DNA of 64,000 nt from Candidatus Versatilivorator sp. (GCA_965207735.1 OZ242296.1:2048001-2112000), one strand, 5' to 3'. Positions 29,436 through 40,219 are shown, numbered from the stretch's first letter. Notes: a model not told the origin generated them from the letters alone. Numbers and translations: made by a program.

Positions 29436-32335
29436 CAGTTCACCCTTTGGCCATTGCCGGACAGCACTTCCTTCAGGAAGCGGCCCGTATGGCTCCCCTG
29501 GGCCGCGGCCACCCGCTCGGGCGGTCCCGCAGCCACCACGGTGCCTCCCTGGTCGCCTCCCTCCGGTCCCAGGTCGATGACCCAGTCAGCCGTCTTGATG
29601 ACGTCCAGGTTGTGCTCGATGACCAGGATGGTGGCTCCGGCCCGTACCAGGCGGCGAAAGGCCCGCAGCAACTTGTGGACGTCGTCGAAATGCAGACCGG
29701 TGGTGGGTTCGTCGAACAGGTAGAGCGCGTGCTTGCCCACTTGACGGGAGAGGTGAAAGGCCAGCTTGATCCGTTGGGCTTCCCCGCCCGAGAGCGTGGT
29801 GGCGGACTGCCCCAGCCTCAGGTAGCCCAGTCCCACGTCCTCCAGCACCCTCAGTTTCCTGGTTAACCGGGAAACACCGGAAAAGAAGCTCATGGCCTCC
29901 CGCACGGTCATCTGCAGAACCTCGTGGATATTCTTGCCCTTGTAGCGCACCTCCAGCAAGCTCGATTTGAAGCGAGTTCCCCTGCATTCCTCGCACACCA
30001 GCTCCACGTCGGCCAGGAACTGCATCTCCACCGTAACGGTGCCGTCCCCCTTGCAATGATCGCAGCGCCCTCCAGGGAGGTTGAAGGAAAAGTCACCGGC
30101 GCTCAGGTGCTGCTCCCGAGCCTCCCGCGTCGAGGCAAACAGTTCTCGAACGGCATCGAAGGCTTTGATGTAGGTGACCGGATTGGAACGCGGAGTTCGG
30201 CCGATGGGCGACTGGTCCACCAGCCGCACGTCCGAGATCCAGTGCTCGCCCTCCATGCGCTGGTAGTTGCCTCGATCCGGTGCCTCCCCCTTGCGGGCCT
30301 TCAGCGCCGCGTAGAGGACCTGGTGGACCAATGTCGACTTCCCTGACCCGGAAACTCCGGTGATGCAGGTGACGATTCCCAGGGGAATTTCCACGTCCAG
30401 CCGTTTGAGGTTGTTCTCCTCGGCCCCGTAGAGCCTCAGCCAGCGGCTGTCGGGAGAAGACCGGGAAGAAGGAACGGGGATCTCGAGCTCCCTGCTCAGG
30501 TACTTGCCCGTGAGCGAACCGCGGCAATGGATCAGATTGGGGAAGTTGCCGGAGAATACCACCTGTCCCCCCTGTTCCCCCGCTCCGGGACCCATGTCGA
30601 TGATGCGGTCGGCCGAACGGATCATGGCCGGCTCGTGCTCCACCACCAGAATCGTATTGCCCATATCCCGCAGGCTCTTGAGGATCTCGATCAGCCGGGC
30701 GTTGTCACGGGGATGCAGGCCGATGGAGGGCTCATCCAGGACGTAGAGCGCTCCCACCAGGGAGGACCCCAGGGAAGTGGCCAGCTGAATCCTCTGCGCT
30801 TCGCCCCCGGACAGGGTGGCGGCCAGGCGGTCCAGCGTCAGGTATTCCAGGCCCACTCGGAACAGGAATCCCAGGCGCATGCGCAGCTCTTCCAGGATCC
30901 GATGGGCCACGTTGGATTCATAACCGGTCAGCCTCAGCTCCCGAAAGAACCGGCGGGCCTCGCCGACGGTCATGGCAGTGATCTCGCCGATTTCCCTGCC
31001 CGCAATCTTGACGGCCCGGGCTTCAGCGCGCAGCCGCGACCCGCCGCAGCTCAGGCAACGGGTGTATCCGCGGTAGCGGCTCAGGAAAACGCGAATATAG
31101 AGCTTGTATTTCTTGGTTTCCAGATAATCGAAGAAACGCATGATGCCCCGGAAACTCTCATCCCCGGCATTGATCAGGTCCTTCTGCCCGGGAAGCAGGT
31201 CGCGGTAGGGAATCTCCCAGGGAATGTCGTGGCGCTGGGCAAAACGCTTGAACTCGGCCCGCAGCCGCCGGTAGCGAGGCTTGGTCCAGGGCTCGATGGC
31301 CCCCTCCCGCAGGCTCTTCTCGGGATGGGGGATGACCCGCTTCAAATCGATGTCCATGGTGTTGCCGAACCCCTGGCAGCGGGGACAGGCGCCAAAGGGG
31401 TTGTTGAAGGAAAACAGCCGGGGCTCGGGTTGCTCGTAGCCGATGTGGCATCGGCGGCAGACGAATCCCTCGATAAAGGAGAAACGGGGAGGCTGTGCCG
31501 CTCCACTGTCCCCGGTATCCGGAGCCGCCGAGTCCGTACCTGCATCGGGCCGCCCCACCACTTCGGCCAATGCGTGACCAGACCCCTCCCGGTAGCAGAT
31601 TTCCAGCGAGTCAGCCAGGCGTTGGCGCAACCCGGGCTCAATGATGACCCGATCGACCAGGACCTCCAGCGGGGCGGAAAAGTCCAGGTCCAGCAGCGAC
31701 TCCGGGTCGGACAGCTCGTAGATACGTCCCTCCCGGTAGAGGCGGTTGAAGCCGTGCCGGCGCAGGTCGCGCAGCACCGTCTTGAGGAGTTCCGGGTCCC
31801 GCCCCCCGGAGCCGGGCTTCGAGGTCGAACGGCTCTTTTTCAGCTCCTGGAAACGACGATAGTGGGCAAAGGGAAACAGGATGTAGAGACGCGTTCCCGC
31901 GGGGAGGGCCATCAACCGGCTGACCGCCTGGTCCAGGACGTCCTTCTTGACCTCGGTTCCGCACTGCCAGCAGAAGGTGCGGCCGATTCGGGCGAAGAGC
32001 AGGCGCAGGTAGTCATAGATTTCGGTGACGGTTCCCACCGTGGAGCGGGGGTTGCGCAGGCTGTTCTTCTGCTTGATGGCAATGGCGGGCGAGATCCCCG
32101 ACACCTCCTCCACGTCCGGTTTCTGGATGCGCTCCAGAAACTGGCGGGCGTAGGCCGAGAGCGACTCCACGTAACGCCGCTGCCCCTCGGCATAAATGGT
32201 GTCGAAGGCCAGGCTGGACTTTCCCGATCCGCTGACTCCGGTGATCACCGTCAGACTCTCGTGCGGAATCCGGCAGTCCACGTTTCTGAGATTGTGTACC
32301 TTGGCGCCTCGAACTTGAAGAACTTCCCGGTCCAT
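29435..32335 (-). CDS. uvrA: Excinuclease ABC subunit A
   Basis: VRGAKVHNL, TGVSGSGKSSLAFDTIYAEGQRRYVESLS, zinc fingers, two ABC cassettes with LSGGEAQRI. Confidence 0.97.
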   Translation of the reverse strand: MDREVLQVRGAKVHNLRNVDCRIPHESLTVITGVSGSGKSSLAFDTIYAEGQRRYVESLSAYARQFLERIQKPDVEEVSGISPAIAIKQKNSLRNPRSTVGTVTEIYDYLRLLFARIGRTFCWQCGTEVKKDVLDQAVSRLMALPAGTRLYILFPFAHYRRFQELKKSRSTSKPGSGGRDPELLKTVLRDLRRHGFNRLYREGRIYELSDPESLLDLDFSAPLEVLVDRVIIEPGLRQRLADSLEICYREGSGHALAEVVGRPDAGTDSAAPDTGDSGAAQPPRFSFIEGFVCRRCHIGYEQPEPRLFSFNNPFGACPRCQGFGNTMDIDLKRVIPHPEKSLREGAIEPWTKPRYRRLRAEFKRFAQRHDIPWEIPYRDLLPGQKDLINAGDESFRGIMRFFDYLETKKYKLYIRVFLSRYRGYTRCLSCGGSRLRAEARAVKIAGREIGEITAMTVGEARRFFRELRLTGYESNVAHRILEELRMRLGFLFRVGLEYLTLDRLAATLSGGEAQRIQLATSLGSSLVGALYVLDEPSIGLHPRDNARLIEILKSLRDMGNTILVVEHEPAMIRSADRIIDMGPGAGEQGGQVVFSGNFPNLIHCRGSLTGKYLSRELEIPVPSSRSSPDSRWLRLYGAEENNLKRLDVEIPLGIVTCITGVSGSGKSTLVHQVLYAALKARKGEAPDRGNYQRMEGEHWISDVRLVDQSPIGRTPRSNPVTYIKAFDAVRELFASTREAREQHLSAGDFSFNLPGGRCDHCKGDGTVTVEMQFLADVELVCEECRGTRFKSSLLEVRYKGKNIHEVLQMTVREAMSFFSGVSRLTRKLRVLEDVGLGYLRLGQSATTLSGGEAQRIKLAFHLSRQVGKHALYLFDEPTTGLHFDDVHKLLRAFRRLVRAGATILVIEHNLDVIKTADWVIDLGPEGGDQGGTVVAAGPPERVAAAQGSHTGRFLKEVLSGNGQRVN

Positions 32336-32409
32336 GGGATGGAGAGATTGAATGGGAAAAGATGGTCAGGGGGCCACGGTGAACGGTGGCGGGATGAGCC
32401 GAACAGTTC

Positions 32410-32439
32410 AGTATAGAGGAGGCCCCGGAAAGTTGTCAA
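32410..32439 (-). promoter_or_regulatory. Sigma70-type promoter of uvrA operon
   Basis: Minus strand TTGACA (32434-32439), 18-nt spacer, TATACT (32410-32415). Confidence 0.65.
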
Positions 32440-32482
32440 AAAGGCGGGAGCCTGCGGGCTGTGCCGTTGTCTTGCCGACTCT

Positions 32483-32930
32483 CACTTTCGGGGCGCCGCG
32501 TTGGCCCCCCTCCGGATCGACGGCGGGCGGAGCCCTGTGGTAGTCACTCTCGGGGCGCCGAGCTTGCCCCCCTCCGGATCGACGGCGGGCTGCGCCCTTG
32601 TCTCTCCGACTCCCCCTCAAGGGGGGAGTGATACTTGTGGCCTGTAGAGGGCTTATTGCCCCATTCCTGGGCAGGATGTAAACCATGTTCCCGGTCTAAT
32701 GTATAAACTCCGCTCCCTCTTCAGAACACGGGTATCACTCCCCCCTTGAGGGGGAGTCGCAGAAGTCGAGCCGAATGGCGAAGGCTGATGCGGTGGGGGG
32801 TTCGCACAAGGCGAGCCAAAGGCGAGATCTTGTGCGCCGTAGCGGTAACCGCCGGCGTGTGTCGGTTGCGGTGAGGGAGTCGCAGAAGTCGAGCCGAATG
32901 GCGAAGGCTGATGCGGTGGGGGGTTCGCAG
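32483..32930. repeat. Cluster of REP/MITE-like direct and inverted repeats
   Basis: IR CGACTCCCCCTCAAGGGGGGAGTGATAC (~32607-32634) / GTATCACTCCCCCCTTGAGGGGGAGTCG (~32732-32759). DR CCCCCTCCGGATCGACGGCGGGC x2. DR GGGAGTCGCAGAAGTCGAGCCGAATGGCGAAGGCTGATGCGGTGGGGGGTTCGCA x2. Confidence 0.85.
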
Positions 32931-32993
32931 GGCTCACAAAACCCCGGCTAAATCCGGGTCAATACTCCGGAGGCGTGTATCATAGTGAATCAC

Positions 32994-33725
32994 ATGGAGA
33001 CGCCCTTCCTTGCCATTGTCATCCCCGCCTACAACGAAGCGGAACGCATTGAGCAGACCCTGGAGACAGTGCGCGACTATCTCCGGAGCCAGCCCCTGCG
33101 GGCGGAAGTGCTGGTAGTCAACGACGGCTCCCGGGACCGGACGGGGACCCTGGTGGCTGCCTGCGCCCGGGATTGGCCCGACCTCCGCCTGGTGGACAAC
33201 CCCCGAAACCTGGGCAAGGGATTCAGCGTCAGAAACGGCGTCCTGGAAGCCAGGGGACAGGTGGTGTTGATCAGCGACGCCGACCTGTCCGCACCCATCG
33301 AGGAAATGTCCAAGCTGCTGGACCCCATTGTCCGGGGGGAGCGGGATCTCACTCTCGGTTCCAGGGCTCTGGACCGTTCCCTCATCGGCGTTCACCAGTC
33401 GGCCTTCCGGGAGTACGCCGGGCGCCTCTTCAACGGTCTGGTACAACTCCTGACCGGCCTGCCCTTTCGGGACACTCAGTGTGGTTTCAAGGCTTTCCGG
33501 CGAGAACCGATGCTCCCCGTGCTGGCGCGCCAGCGCATCGCCGGGTTCGGATTCGATCCGGAGATCCTTTTCCTGGCCAGGACTCGCGGCCTCAGACTTC
33601 AAGAAATTCCGGTGCGCTGGAACCACACCGAAGGAACCAAGGTTCGCCTGCTGCAGGACGGCTTCAAGATGATTCTGGGCCTGCTCCTGATTCGCTGGAA
33701 CCAGCTCACCGGGAAATATCGGTGA
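32994..33725 (+). CDS. Glycosyltransferase family 2 (dolichyl-phosphate beta-glucosyltransferase-like)
   Basis: IVIPAYNEAERI, VVNDGSRD, NLGKGFSVRNG, SDADLS, DTQCGFK. Confidence 0.93.
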   Translation: METPFLAIVIPAYNEAERIEQTLETVRDYLRSQPLRAEVLVVNDGSRDRTGTLVAACARDWPDLRLVDNPRNLGKGFSVRNGVLEARGQVVLISDADLSAPIEEMSKLLDPIVRGERDLTLGSRALDRSLIGVHQSAFREYAGRLFNGLVQLLTGLPFRDTQCGFKAFRREPMLPVLARQRIAGFGFDPEILFLARTRGLRLQEIPVRWNHTEGTKVRLLQDGFKMILGLLLIRWNQLTGKYR

Positions 33726-33732
33726 GGGAGGC

Positions 33733-33945
33733 AGTGGAGAGTGGAGAGTGGAGAGTGGGGAGTGGGGAGTGGTTAGCCGGGTCGCCGCCCTGGCGGATCA
33801 TACGAGAGTGAAACAATCAGAAATCGATCATCCCTACCTAACCTTGGTATCCCGTTACGGTTCACCTCAATGCCTTAGTGGCCCTTCGTCGTTCTTCGTG
33901 GCCCTTCGTGGATCACTCTTTTTTCTTTTGTTTCAGGTAAGCCGG
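33733..33945 (+). repeat. Heptamer-led composite element with core A (copy 3)
   Basis: (AGTGGAG)n TGGTTAGCC then GGCGGATCATACGAGAGTGAAACAATCAGAAATCGATC...CCCTTCGTCGTTCTTCGTGGCCCTTCGTGG. Confidence 0.85.
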
Positions 33946-34137
33946 CGCCGCAGACTGGCGTGCAGATTAATTGGGGAAAGACGGCCGATCCTTAAATGAA
34001 GACGGACCACCACTCGGGAAGTTAGGCTATAATTTCCACAGGAGTCGGAACCCCGCCCGCCGCTTCCCGGCCGGATGGCTGCCTTGTGTCAGGGAGGCGA
34101 GCCCGTTTCTTGAAACAGCCCAGGAGGTCAGGACCCG

Positions 34138-34485
34138 ATGATCTGTCGATTCGGAATACTAGCCGGTTTTCTTGGAATGATGCTGCTGAACGCCCCCCAG
34201 GGGTATGCGGAAGACCCTCCGGACGTCTCGGGAATTTACAAGAAGAACTGCGCCATGTGCCACAAGGCGGACGGCAAGGGTCTTGCCGTCATGAAGACCC
34301 CGGACTTCACCAACAAGGACTGGCAAGCCAGACACACCGACGAGCAGTTGATCGAGGCCATTACCAAGGGATCCGGTGAGGGCAAGATCAAGATGCCCGC
34401 CTTCGGCGAAGGCACCAAGGCCAATTTGAGCCCTGAAACCGTCAAGGCCCTGGTGACCGAGGTCATCCGGAAATTCGCCGAATAG
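34138..34485 (+). CDS. Monoheme class I cytochrome c
   Basis: Signal peptide, CAMCH heme motif, distal KMPAF; TATAAT at ~34028 and AGGAGG upstream. Confidence 0.92.
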   Translation: MICRFGILAGFLGMMLLNAPQGYAEDPPDVSGIYKKNCAMCHKADGKGLAVMKTPDFTNKDWQARHTDEQLIEAITKGSGEGKIKMPAFGEGTKANLSPETVKALVTEVIRKFAE

Positions 34486-34510
34486 CGGCCGGTTGGAGGA
34501 AGATCCACCG

Positions 34511-37123
34511 GTGGCAACCACCTCTCCGTCCCCTGCCCCAACCCCGGCCCGGCGCCTGTTTCTGGTGGACGGCATGTCCCACATCTTTCGGGCCTTCTAT
34601 GCCATCCGCGGCCTGACCGACAGCCAGGGGCATCCCACCAACGCCGTCTATGGATTCGCGGCCATGTTGCGGAAGCTGATCCGTCAGCACCGTCCCGACT
34701 ACCTGGCCGTCATCTTCGACACCGACCAACCCACCTTCCGGCATGAGGCCTTCGAGCAATACAAGGCCAATCGTCCCAGGATGCCTGAAGATCTGGCCTC
34801 CCAGCTCCCGGTGATCCGAGAGTTCTGCCAGGCCATGCGGATTCCCATCCTGCAGAAGGACCGCTTCGAAGCCGACGACATCATCGGAACTCTGGCCAGG
34901 AAGGCCGGCGAAAACCGCTGGGAGACGACCATTGTCTCCAACGACAAGGACATGTTCCAACTGGTGAACGACAAGACGCAGGTGCTTCACCAGTCCAAGA
35001 CCGACACACTCTTCGACGCGGTCAAGGTGGAGGAGTTCTTCGGGGCCGCCCCGGAACAGGTGGTGGACGTGCTGGGGCTCATGGGAGACAGCGTGGACAA
35101 TGTCCCCGGCGCCCCGGGCATCGGGGGGAAGGGCGCCCGCGACCTGGTGCGCCGCTTCGGCAGCCTGGAAGCCCTGCTGGACCAAAGTGGACAGGTCACG
35201 CGCAAGACCTATCGCGAGTCCCTGCGGAACCACCGGGAGCAGATCCTGCAAAGCAAGGAGCTGGTCACCATCGATACCGCGGTGCCCATCGATTTCAGTT
35301 GGGACAACCTGCAGGTTCAGGAACCCGACCTGGACCGACTCCGGCCCCTGCTGGCGCAACTCGGCTTTCAGTCAATGCTGAAGGAATTGGATGGGGGAGC
35401 GTCACCGGCCCGGCCCGAGCCGGCCGAATTCCAGCCCTTGTCCTCCCCTCTCCAGCTTCGGACCCTGCTGGAGCAGGCCCGCTCGGGTTCCTCCTGCACC
35501 TGCTGGCTGGAAACCGACCCGGAGGATTCGCTGTGCCGCAACCCCCGCCGGTTGGCGGTGATGGCGGGGAAATCGGGTTGGACCCTCGACCTGGAAGATG
35601 CGGGCGCCCCGGGCCTGGCGGACCTCAGGGATTTCTGGGAAGATCCGGAAATCGGCAAGGTCTTTTACGACGCCAAGCCGGCCCACCTGGCTTTGAGGCA
35701 TCTCGGCCTGGAGCTGCAGGGTCTTCAGGCAGACGCCATGCTCATCTCCTACCTGCTGCAGCCCAATCGGAGCAACCATGGCTTGAGCGAAATCGCCTTC
35801 GCCCTGCTGGGGGAAGAGGCTCCGGCGGAGGCCGGAGGCCGCTGCGCCACCGTTCAACGGCTCTTTGGGCAGTTGCGGCCCCAACTGAAAACCGAGGAGT
35901 TGGAGCAGGCTTACCGGCAGATCGACCTGCCGCTGGTCGAGGTCCTGGCAGAGCTGGAGTGGAACGGGATTCAGGTCGATGCCGCCGCGCTCCGCAAGAT
36001 GTCGGAGGACTTCGAGCGGACTGCCCGGTCTCTTACAAGCAGGATCTACGAGGTGGCCGGGACCGAGTTCAACTTGAATTCTCCCAAGCAGTTGGGGGAG
36101 ATTCTCTTTGAGAGACTCAACCTGCCCAGGGCTCGAAAACTCAGGAAATCCGGGCAGTATTCCACCTCGGTGGAGGTGCTGGAACATCTGGCCAAGGACT
36201 ACGAAGTGCCACGCCTGATGCTGGAGTACCGTCGGATCGCCAAGCTCAAGTCCGGATACGTGGATGCCCTTCCCCGCCTGGTCGATCCTCGAACTCAGCG
36301 GGTTCATCCCTCCTTCCACCAGACGGTGGCCGCCACCGGCAGACTGTCCTGCAGCAATCCCAACCTGCAGAACATTCCCGTGCGATCGGATATGGGCGCC
36401 CGGATCCGGTCGGCTTTCGTGGCCGGCCAGGGCTGCCGGCTGCTGTCCGCGGACTATTCCCAGATCGAGCTGCGGGTCCTGGCTCATCTTTCGCAGGACG
36501 CGGTGCTGGTGGATGCCTTCCGCAAGAATGAAGACATCCACACCCGGACCGCCAGCGAGGTGTTCGGCATCGACCCCCTGCTGCAGACCGGCGAGATGCG
36601 CCGGCGCGCCAAGACGATCAACTTCGGAATCATTTACGGCCAGACGGCCTTTGGCCTGGCCAGGGAGCTGCAGATCTCCCAGCGCGACGCCCAGGAATTC
36701 ATCCGGCGCTACTTCGAAAGGTATCGAGGCGTCAAGCAGTTCATCGACGAGGTGATCGAGGACACCCGCCAGAGCCGGATGACCCGCACTCTCTTTGGAC
36801 GACACCGGCAGATCCCGGACATCGGCAGCCGCAATCCCGGCCTGCGCCAGTTCGCCGAGAGGACGGCCGTGAATTCACCCATTCAGGGCACCGCCGCCGA
36901 CCTGATAAAGCTGGCCATGATCCGGATTCACCGAGAACTGCGGGAGCGCAAGCTCGAGTCCAGGATGTTGCTGCAAGTCCACGACGAACTGGTGTTCGAG
37001 GTCCCCGATGAGGAGTTGGAGACCCTGCAGGCTCTGGTCAAGGAAGAAATGGAGTCGGTGTATTCGCTTTCGGTACCCCTGGTGGTGGACGTGGCTGTCG
37101 GCCGGAACTGGATGGAAACCTGA
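34511..37123 (+). CDS. polA: DNA polymerase I
   Basis: 5'-3' exonuclease LFLVDG..FRAFYA, EADDIIGT; polymerase motifs TGRLSCSNPNLQNIP, ADYSQIELR, AKTINFGIIYG, LLQVHDEL. Confidence 0.97.
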   Translation: MATTSPSPAPTPARRLFLVDGMSHIFRAFYAIRGLTDSQGHPTNAVYGFAAMLRKLIRQHRPDYLAVIFDTDQPTFRHEAFEQYKANRPRMPEDLASQLPVIREFCQAMRIPILQKDRFEADDIIGTLARKAGENRWETTIVSNDKDMFQLVNDKTQVLHQSKTDTLFDAVKVEEFFGAAPEQVVDVLGLMGDSVDNVPGAPGIGGKGARDLVRRFGSLEALLDQSGQVTRKTYRESLRNHREQILQSKELVTIDTAVPIDFSWDNLQVQEPDLDRLRPLLAQLGFQSMLKELDGGASPARPEPAEFQPLSSPLQLRTLLEQARSGSSCTCWLETDPEDSLCRNPRRLAVMAGKSGWTLDLEDAGAPGLADLRDFWEDPEIGKVFYDAKPAHLALRHLGLELQGLQADAMLISYLLQPNRSNHGLSEIAFALLGEEAPAEAGGRCATVQRLFGQLRPQLKTEELEQAYRQIDLPLVEVLAELEWNGIQVDAAALRKMSEDFERTARSLTSRIYEVAGTEFNLNSPKQLGEILFERLNLPRARKLRKSGQYSTSVEVLEHLAKDYEVPRLMLEYRRIAKLKSGYVDALPRLVDPRTQRVHPSFHQTVAATGRLSCSNPNLQNIPVRSDMGARIRSAFVAGQGCRLLSADYSQIELRVLAHLSQDAVLVDAFRKNEDIHTRTASEVFGIDPLLQTGEMRRRAKTINFGIIYGQTAFGLARELQISQRDAQEFIRRYFERYRGVKQFIDEVIEDTRQSRMTRTLFGRHRQIPDIGSRNPGLRQFAERTAVNSPIQGTAADLIKLAMIRIHRELRERKLESRMLLQVHDELVFEVPDEELETLQALVKEEMESVYSLSVPLVVDVAVGRNWMET

Positions 37124-37194
37124 ACGCTTCCTCGGGCGCCGGCCGCGGGGAGCCCCGGATCGGCCGCGACGGTTTCATTTGAAAGAGAGGTCTT

Positions 37195-37749
37195 ATGCTG
37201 GACCGGCAATCCGCATTCGAGCTGCTGACGGAGTACACCAGCAACCCCAGTCTCATCAAGCACGCCCTGGCCGTGGAGGCCTGCATGCGGGCCTACGCCG
37301 CCAAGTATGGCGAGGACGTGGAGAAATGGGGAGTCGTGGGCCTGCTGCACGACTTCGACTACCAGAGATTCCCCGACCCTCCCGACCACCCTGAAAAGGG
37401 CGCCCGCATCCTGGAGCAGCGGGGGTATTCCGAGGACGTGATCTACGCCATCAAGTCCCACGCCGCCTGGACCGGCTGCCCCCGGAGCCACCTGGTAGAC
37501 AAGGTGCTGTTCGCCTGTGACGAGCTGTCCGGCTTCATCACGGCGGTGACCCTGGTGCGCCCGGACCGCAAGATCGAGGGGCTCCAGCCGAAATCGGTCA
37601 GAAAGAAGCTGAAGGACAAGGCCTTTGCCCGATCGGTGAGCCGGGAGGACATCCTCACCGGCGCCTCCGACCTGGAGGTGGAGCTGAACGAGCACATCGC
37701 CTTCTGCATTCAAGCCATGACCGGCATTGCAGCCCGGCTGGGGCTATAG
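37195..37749 (+). CDS. HD/HDIG-domain metal-dependent hydrolase
   Basis: KHALAVEACMR, GLLHDFDY, LFACDELSG, KLKDKAFARSV. Confidence 0.9.
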   Translation: MLDRQSAFELLTEYTSNPSLIKHALAVEACMRAYAAKYGEDVEKWGVVGLLHDFDYQRFPDPPDHPEKGARILEQRGYSEDVIYAIKSHAAWTGCPRSHLVDKVLFACDELSGFITAVTLVRPDRKIEGLQPKSVRKKLKDKAFARSVSREDILTGASDLEVELNEHIAFCIQAMTGIAARLGL

Positions 37750-37929
37750 TGGGGGCATTTCCACCCCGCTCCGGTTGAGGAACGGACCCAACCGGGTTAG
37801 AATAGCTTGCTGTTCGATTTTCCTCCCTCGATAGTTCTCCCCGACACAAAGACCCCAATGTATTCAGAGCGGTCGCGCTGGTGCGCTTTGCCCGGCCGCG
37901 TTCTGAATCCGGTGGAACCTGCCTCACCC

Positions 37930-38631
37930 ATGGCTTCCAAAAGACGTGTTTCCGAAAAATGGGTCAGCGGTTGGCCGAAGTCGGAGCAACCCCGGCAACG
38001 TCTCCTGACCCGGGGCGCCGATGCCCTCAGCGACGCGGAACTGCTGGCCATCTTCCTGCGGGTCGGGGTCAGAGGGACCAGCGTGCTCGACCTTTCCCGC
38101 CAACTTCTGCAGAGCTTTGGCGGGTTTCGCGGCCTGCTCAAGGCCAGCCAGCAGGAACTGGGCGGAATCAAGGGCCTGGGGGAGGCCAAGGTGGCTACCC
38201 TGAAAGCGCTGGCGGCCGTGACCGTGCGCTACATGGCCGAGGAAATGCAGCGGGGGCCCTTCATCGGTCACTCCCGGGATGTCCAGCGGCTGCTTTGCGG
38301 GAGGTTCCGGGATCGGGACCGGGAGACCTTCGCCGTGGTCTTTCTGGATACCAGGCACCACGTCCTGGCCGTAGAGGAGATGTTTCAGGGCACTCTCAAC
38401 AGCGCCACCGTGTTTCCGCGGGAAATCGTCAGACGAGCCCTGCAGTTGAATGCCGCGGCCATGGTGGCCGTCCACAACCATCCATCGGGCAACCCCTCGC
38501 CCAGCCCGGACGACCGCCAGGTGACCCGCGAGCTGCAGCGGGCCTGCGGCCTGATGGACATCTCCCTGCTGGATCACATCGTCATCGGCGGCAACGACTG
38601 CTTCAGCTTTGCCGAGCACCGCCTGTTGTGA
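37930..38631 (+). CDS. radC: RadC/JAB-domain protein
   Basis: PRQRLL..GADALSDAELLAIFLR, VFPREI, HNHPSGNPSPSPDD, LLDHIVIG. Confidence 0.95.
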   Translation: MASKRRVSEKWVSGWPKSEQPRQRLLTRGADALSDAELLAIFLRVGVRGTSVLDLSRQLLQSFGGFRGLLKASQQELGGIKGLGEAKVATLKALAAVTVRYMAEEMQRGPFIGHSRDVQRLLCGRFRDRDRETFAVVFLDTRHHVLAVEEMFQGTLNSATVFPREIVRRALQLNAAAMVAVHNHPSGNPSPSPDDRQVTRELQRACGLMDISLLDHIVIGGNDCFSFAEHRLL

Positions 38632-38711
38632 GGGGGTGGGGAGCCGGCTCTTTCTCCCGCCTCCGGAGCGAGCTATAATGCATGGGACTTCGGAACCGCA
38701 CGGTAAAAACC

Positions 38712-40151
38712 ATGAAACCATTTCAACCCTTTCGGAGGCCGGCTTCCCCCAGGCGCCTTCCGCTACCGATCCTATGGGCCCTTCCGCTGGGGGCTTTTCT
38801 GGTCTGGTGCCTGCTCGCACTCTGGCTGGGCCGCTGGGAGGGGCAGCCGCCCAAGGTGAGTCTGGACCGCGACTTTACCGCCCTCGGCAAGAATCCCTCT
38901 CTGGCGCTCGAGGTTGAAGACGGCCAGACCGGGTTGAAGCAGCTCTCGGCAGTACTGGAGGTAGAAGACCAGTCCTTTCCACTGGTCGACCGTCGCTACC
39001 CGGGACCGTGGCTGTTCTCCTTCCAGAGGAGCGGCGCTCAATCCTCCGCCCGTTTCGACCTGGGCGAGATGATGGCCGCCAGCCACCCGATCCGGGAAGG
39101 CCCCGCCCGATTGTCGATCACCGCCAGCGACCACTCCTACCGCCGGTTCTTCGAGGGCAACCAGGCTCGACTACAGCGGGAATTCACTTTCGACATCCGC
39201 CCCCCCACCCTGGAAGCGCTGTCGACGCAGCATTACATCACCCAAGGGGGCTCGGCCTGTGTTCTCTACCGGGTGGGAGAAGACACCGAGGTCTCCGGGG
39301 TCCGGGTGGGTCCCGACTTCTTTCCCGGATACGCGGCCGACCCCGAGGGAGACAGGCAGATCCGATTCTCTATTTTCGGCTATCGCTACGACCTGGGTCC
39401 CAATCCGGAAATGAAGCTGGTGGCCGTAGACGCGGCCGGGAATCGGTCGGAGGCCCGCTTCCGATACAAGCTCTTTTCCAGAAAGTTCCGGCAGCGAACC
39501 ATCCGACTCAGTTCGGCCTTCCTGCAGCAGGTGGTTCCGGCGATCCTGAATCAGAACCCCCAGCTCTCCAGCCAGGGCGACCTGGTGAAAGACTTCCTCC
39601 AGATCAACGACGGGCTCCGGCAGGCCAACCACGATAAGATCAAGCAGCTGTCGAGCCGGTCCGAGCCGCGGTTTCTCTGGACCGAGGCCTTCGCTCAGCT
39701 CAGCCGATCCAAGGTGGAATCCCTCTTCGCCGATCATCGCACCTACCTCTATGAGGGCCGGGAGATCGACCGCCAGGACCACGTCGGCTTCGACCTGTCG
39801 GTCGTCAAACACTACCCCATCGAAGCCTCCAACGACGGCGTGGTGCGCTACGCGGAGCTGCTGGGCATTTATGGGAACACCATCCTGGTGGACCACGGCT
39901 ACGGGCTGGTCTCCCTCTATGGGCACCTCAGCTCCATCGCCGTAGAGGCCGGCGACCGGGTCAGCAAGGGCCAGGTGCTGGGCCGCAGCGGCGCCACCGG
40001 CCTGGCTGCCGGCGATCATCTTCACTTCGGCCTTTTCCTGCACGGAATCCCCGTCAACCCCACCGAGTGGTGGGACCCCAAATGGATTCGGGAGCGCGTC
40101 CTGGACAGAATCCAGGAGCACAAGGCCGGAAGCACGACTGCCGAGTCTTGA
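38712..40151 (+). CDS. M23-family metallopeptidase
   Basis: N-terminal TM anchor; HVGFD, YGNTILVDHG, YGHLS, GDHLHFG. Confidence 0.92.
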   Translation: MKPFQPFRRPASPRRLPLPILWALPLGAFLVWCLLALWLGRWEGQPPKVSLDRDFTALGKNPSLALEVEDGQTGLKQLSAVLEVEDQSFPLVDRRYPGPWLFSFQRSGAQSSARFDLGEMMAASHPIREGPARLSITASDHSYRRFFEGNQARLQREFTFDIRPPTLEALSTQHYITQGGSACVLYRVGEDTEVSGVRVGPDFFPGYAADPEGDRQIRFSIFGYRYDLGPNPEMKLVAVDAAGNRSEARFRYKLFSRKFRQRTIRLSSAFLQQVVPAILNQNPQLSSQGDLVKDFLQINDGLRQANHDKIKQLSSRSEPRFLWTEAFAQLSRSKVESLFADHRTYLYEGREIDRQDHVGFDLSVVKHYPIEASNDGVVRYAELLGIYGNTILVDHGYGLVSLYGHLSSIAVEAGDRVSKGQVLGRSGATGLAAGDHLHFGLFLHGIPVNPTEWWDPKWIRERVLDRIQEHKAGSTTAES

Positions 40152-40219
40152 AAGGGACTTAATGGGTTGATGAGTCGTTAATCGGGGGAGCGACAACCGA
40201 TTTCGAGGAGGTTTTCTAC

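Noticed and set aside
32375-32410. LexA/SOS box upstream of uvrA
   Set aside because: GAAC/GTTC half-sites are present, but the spacing fits neither GTTC-N7-GTTC nor GAAC-N4-GTTC.
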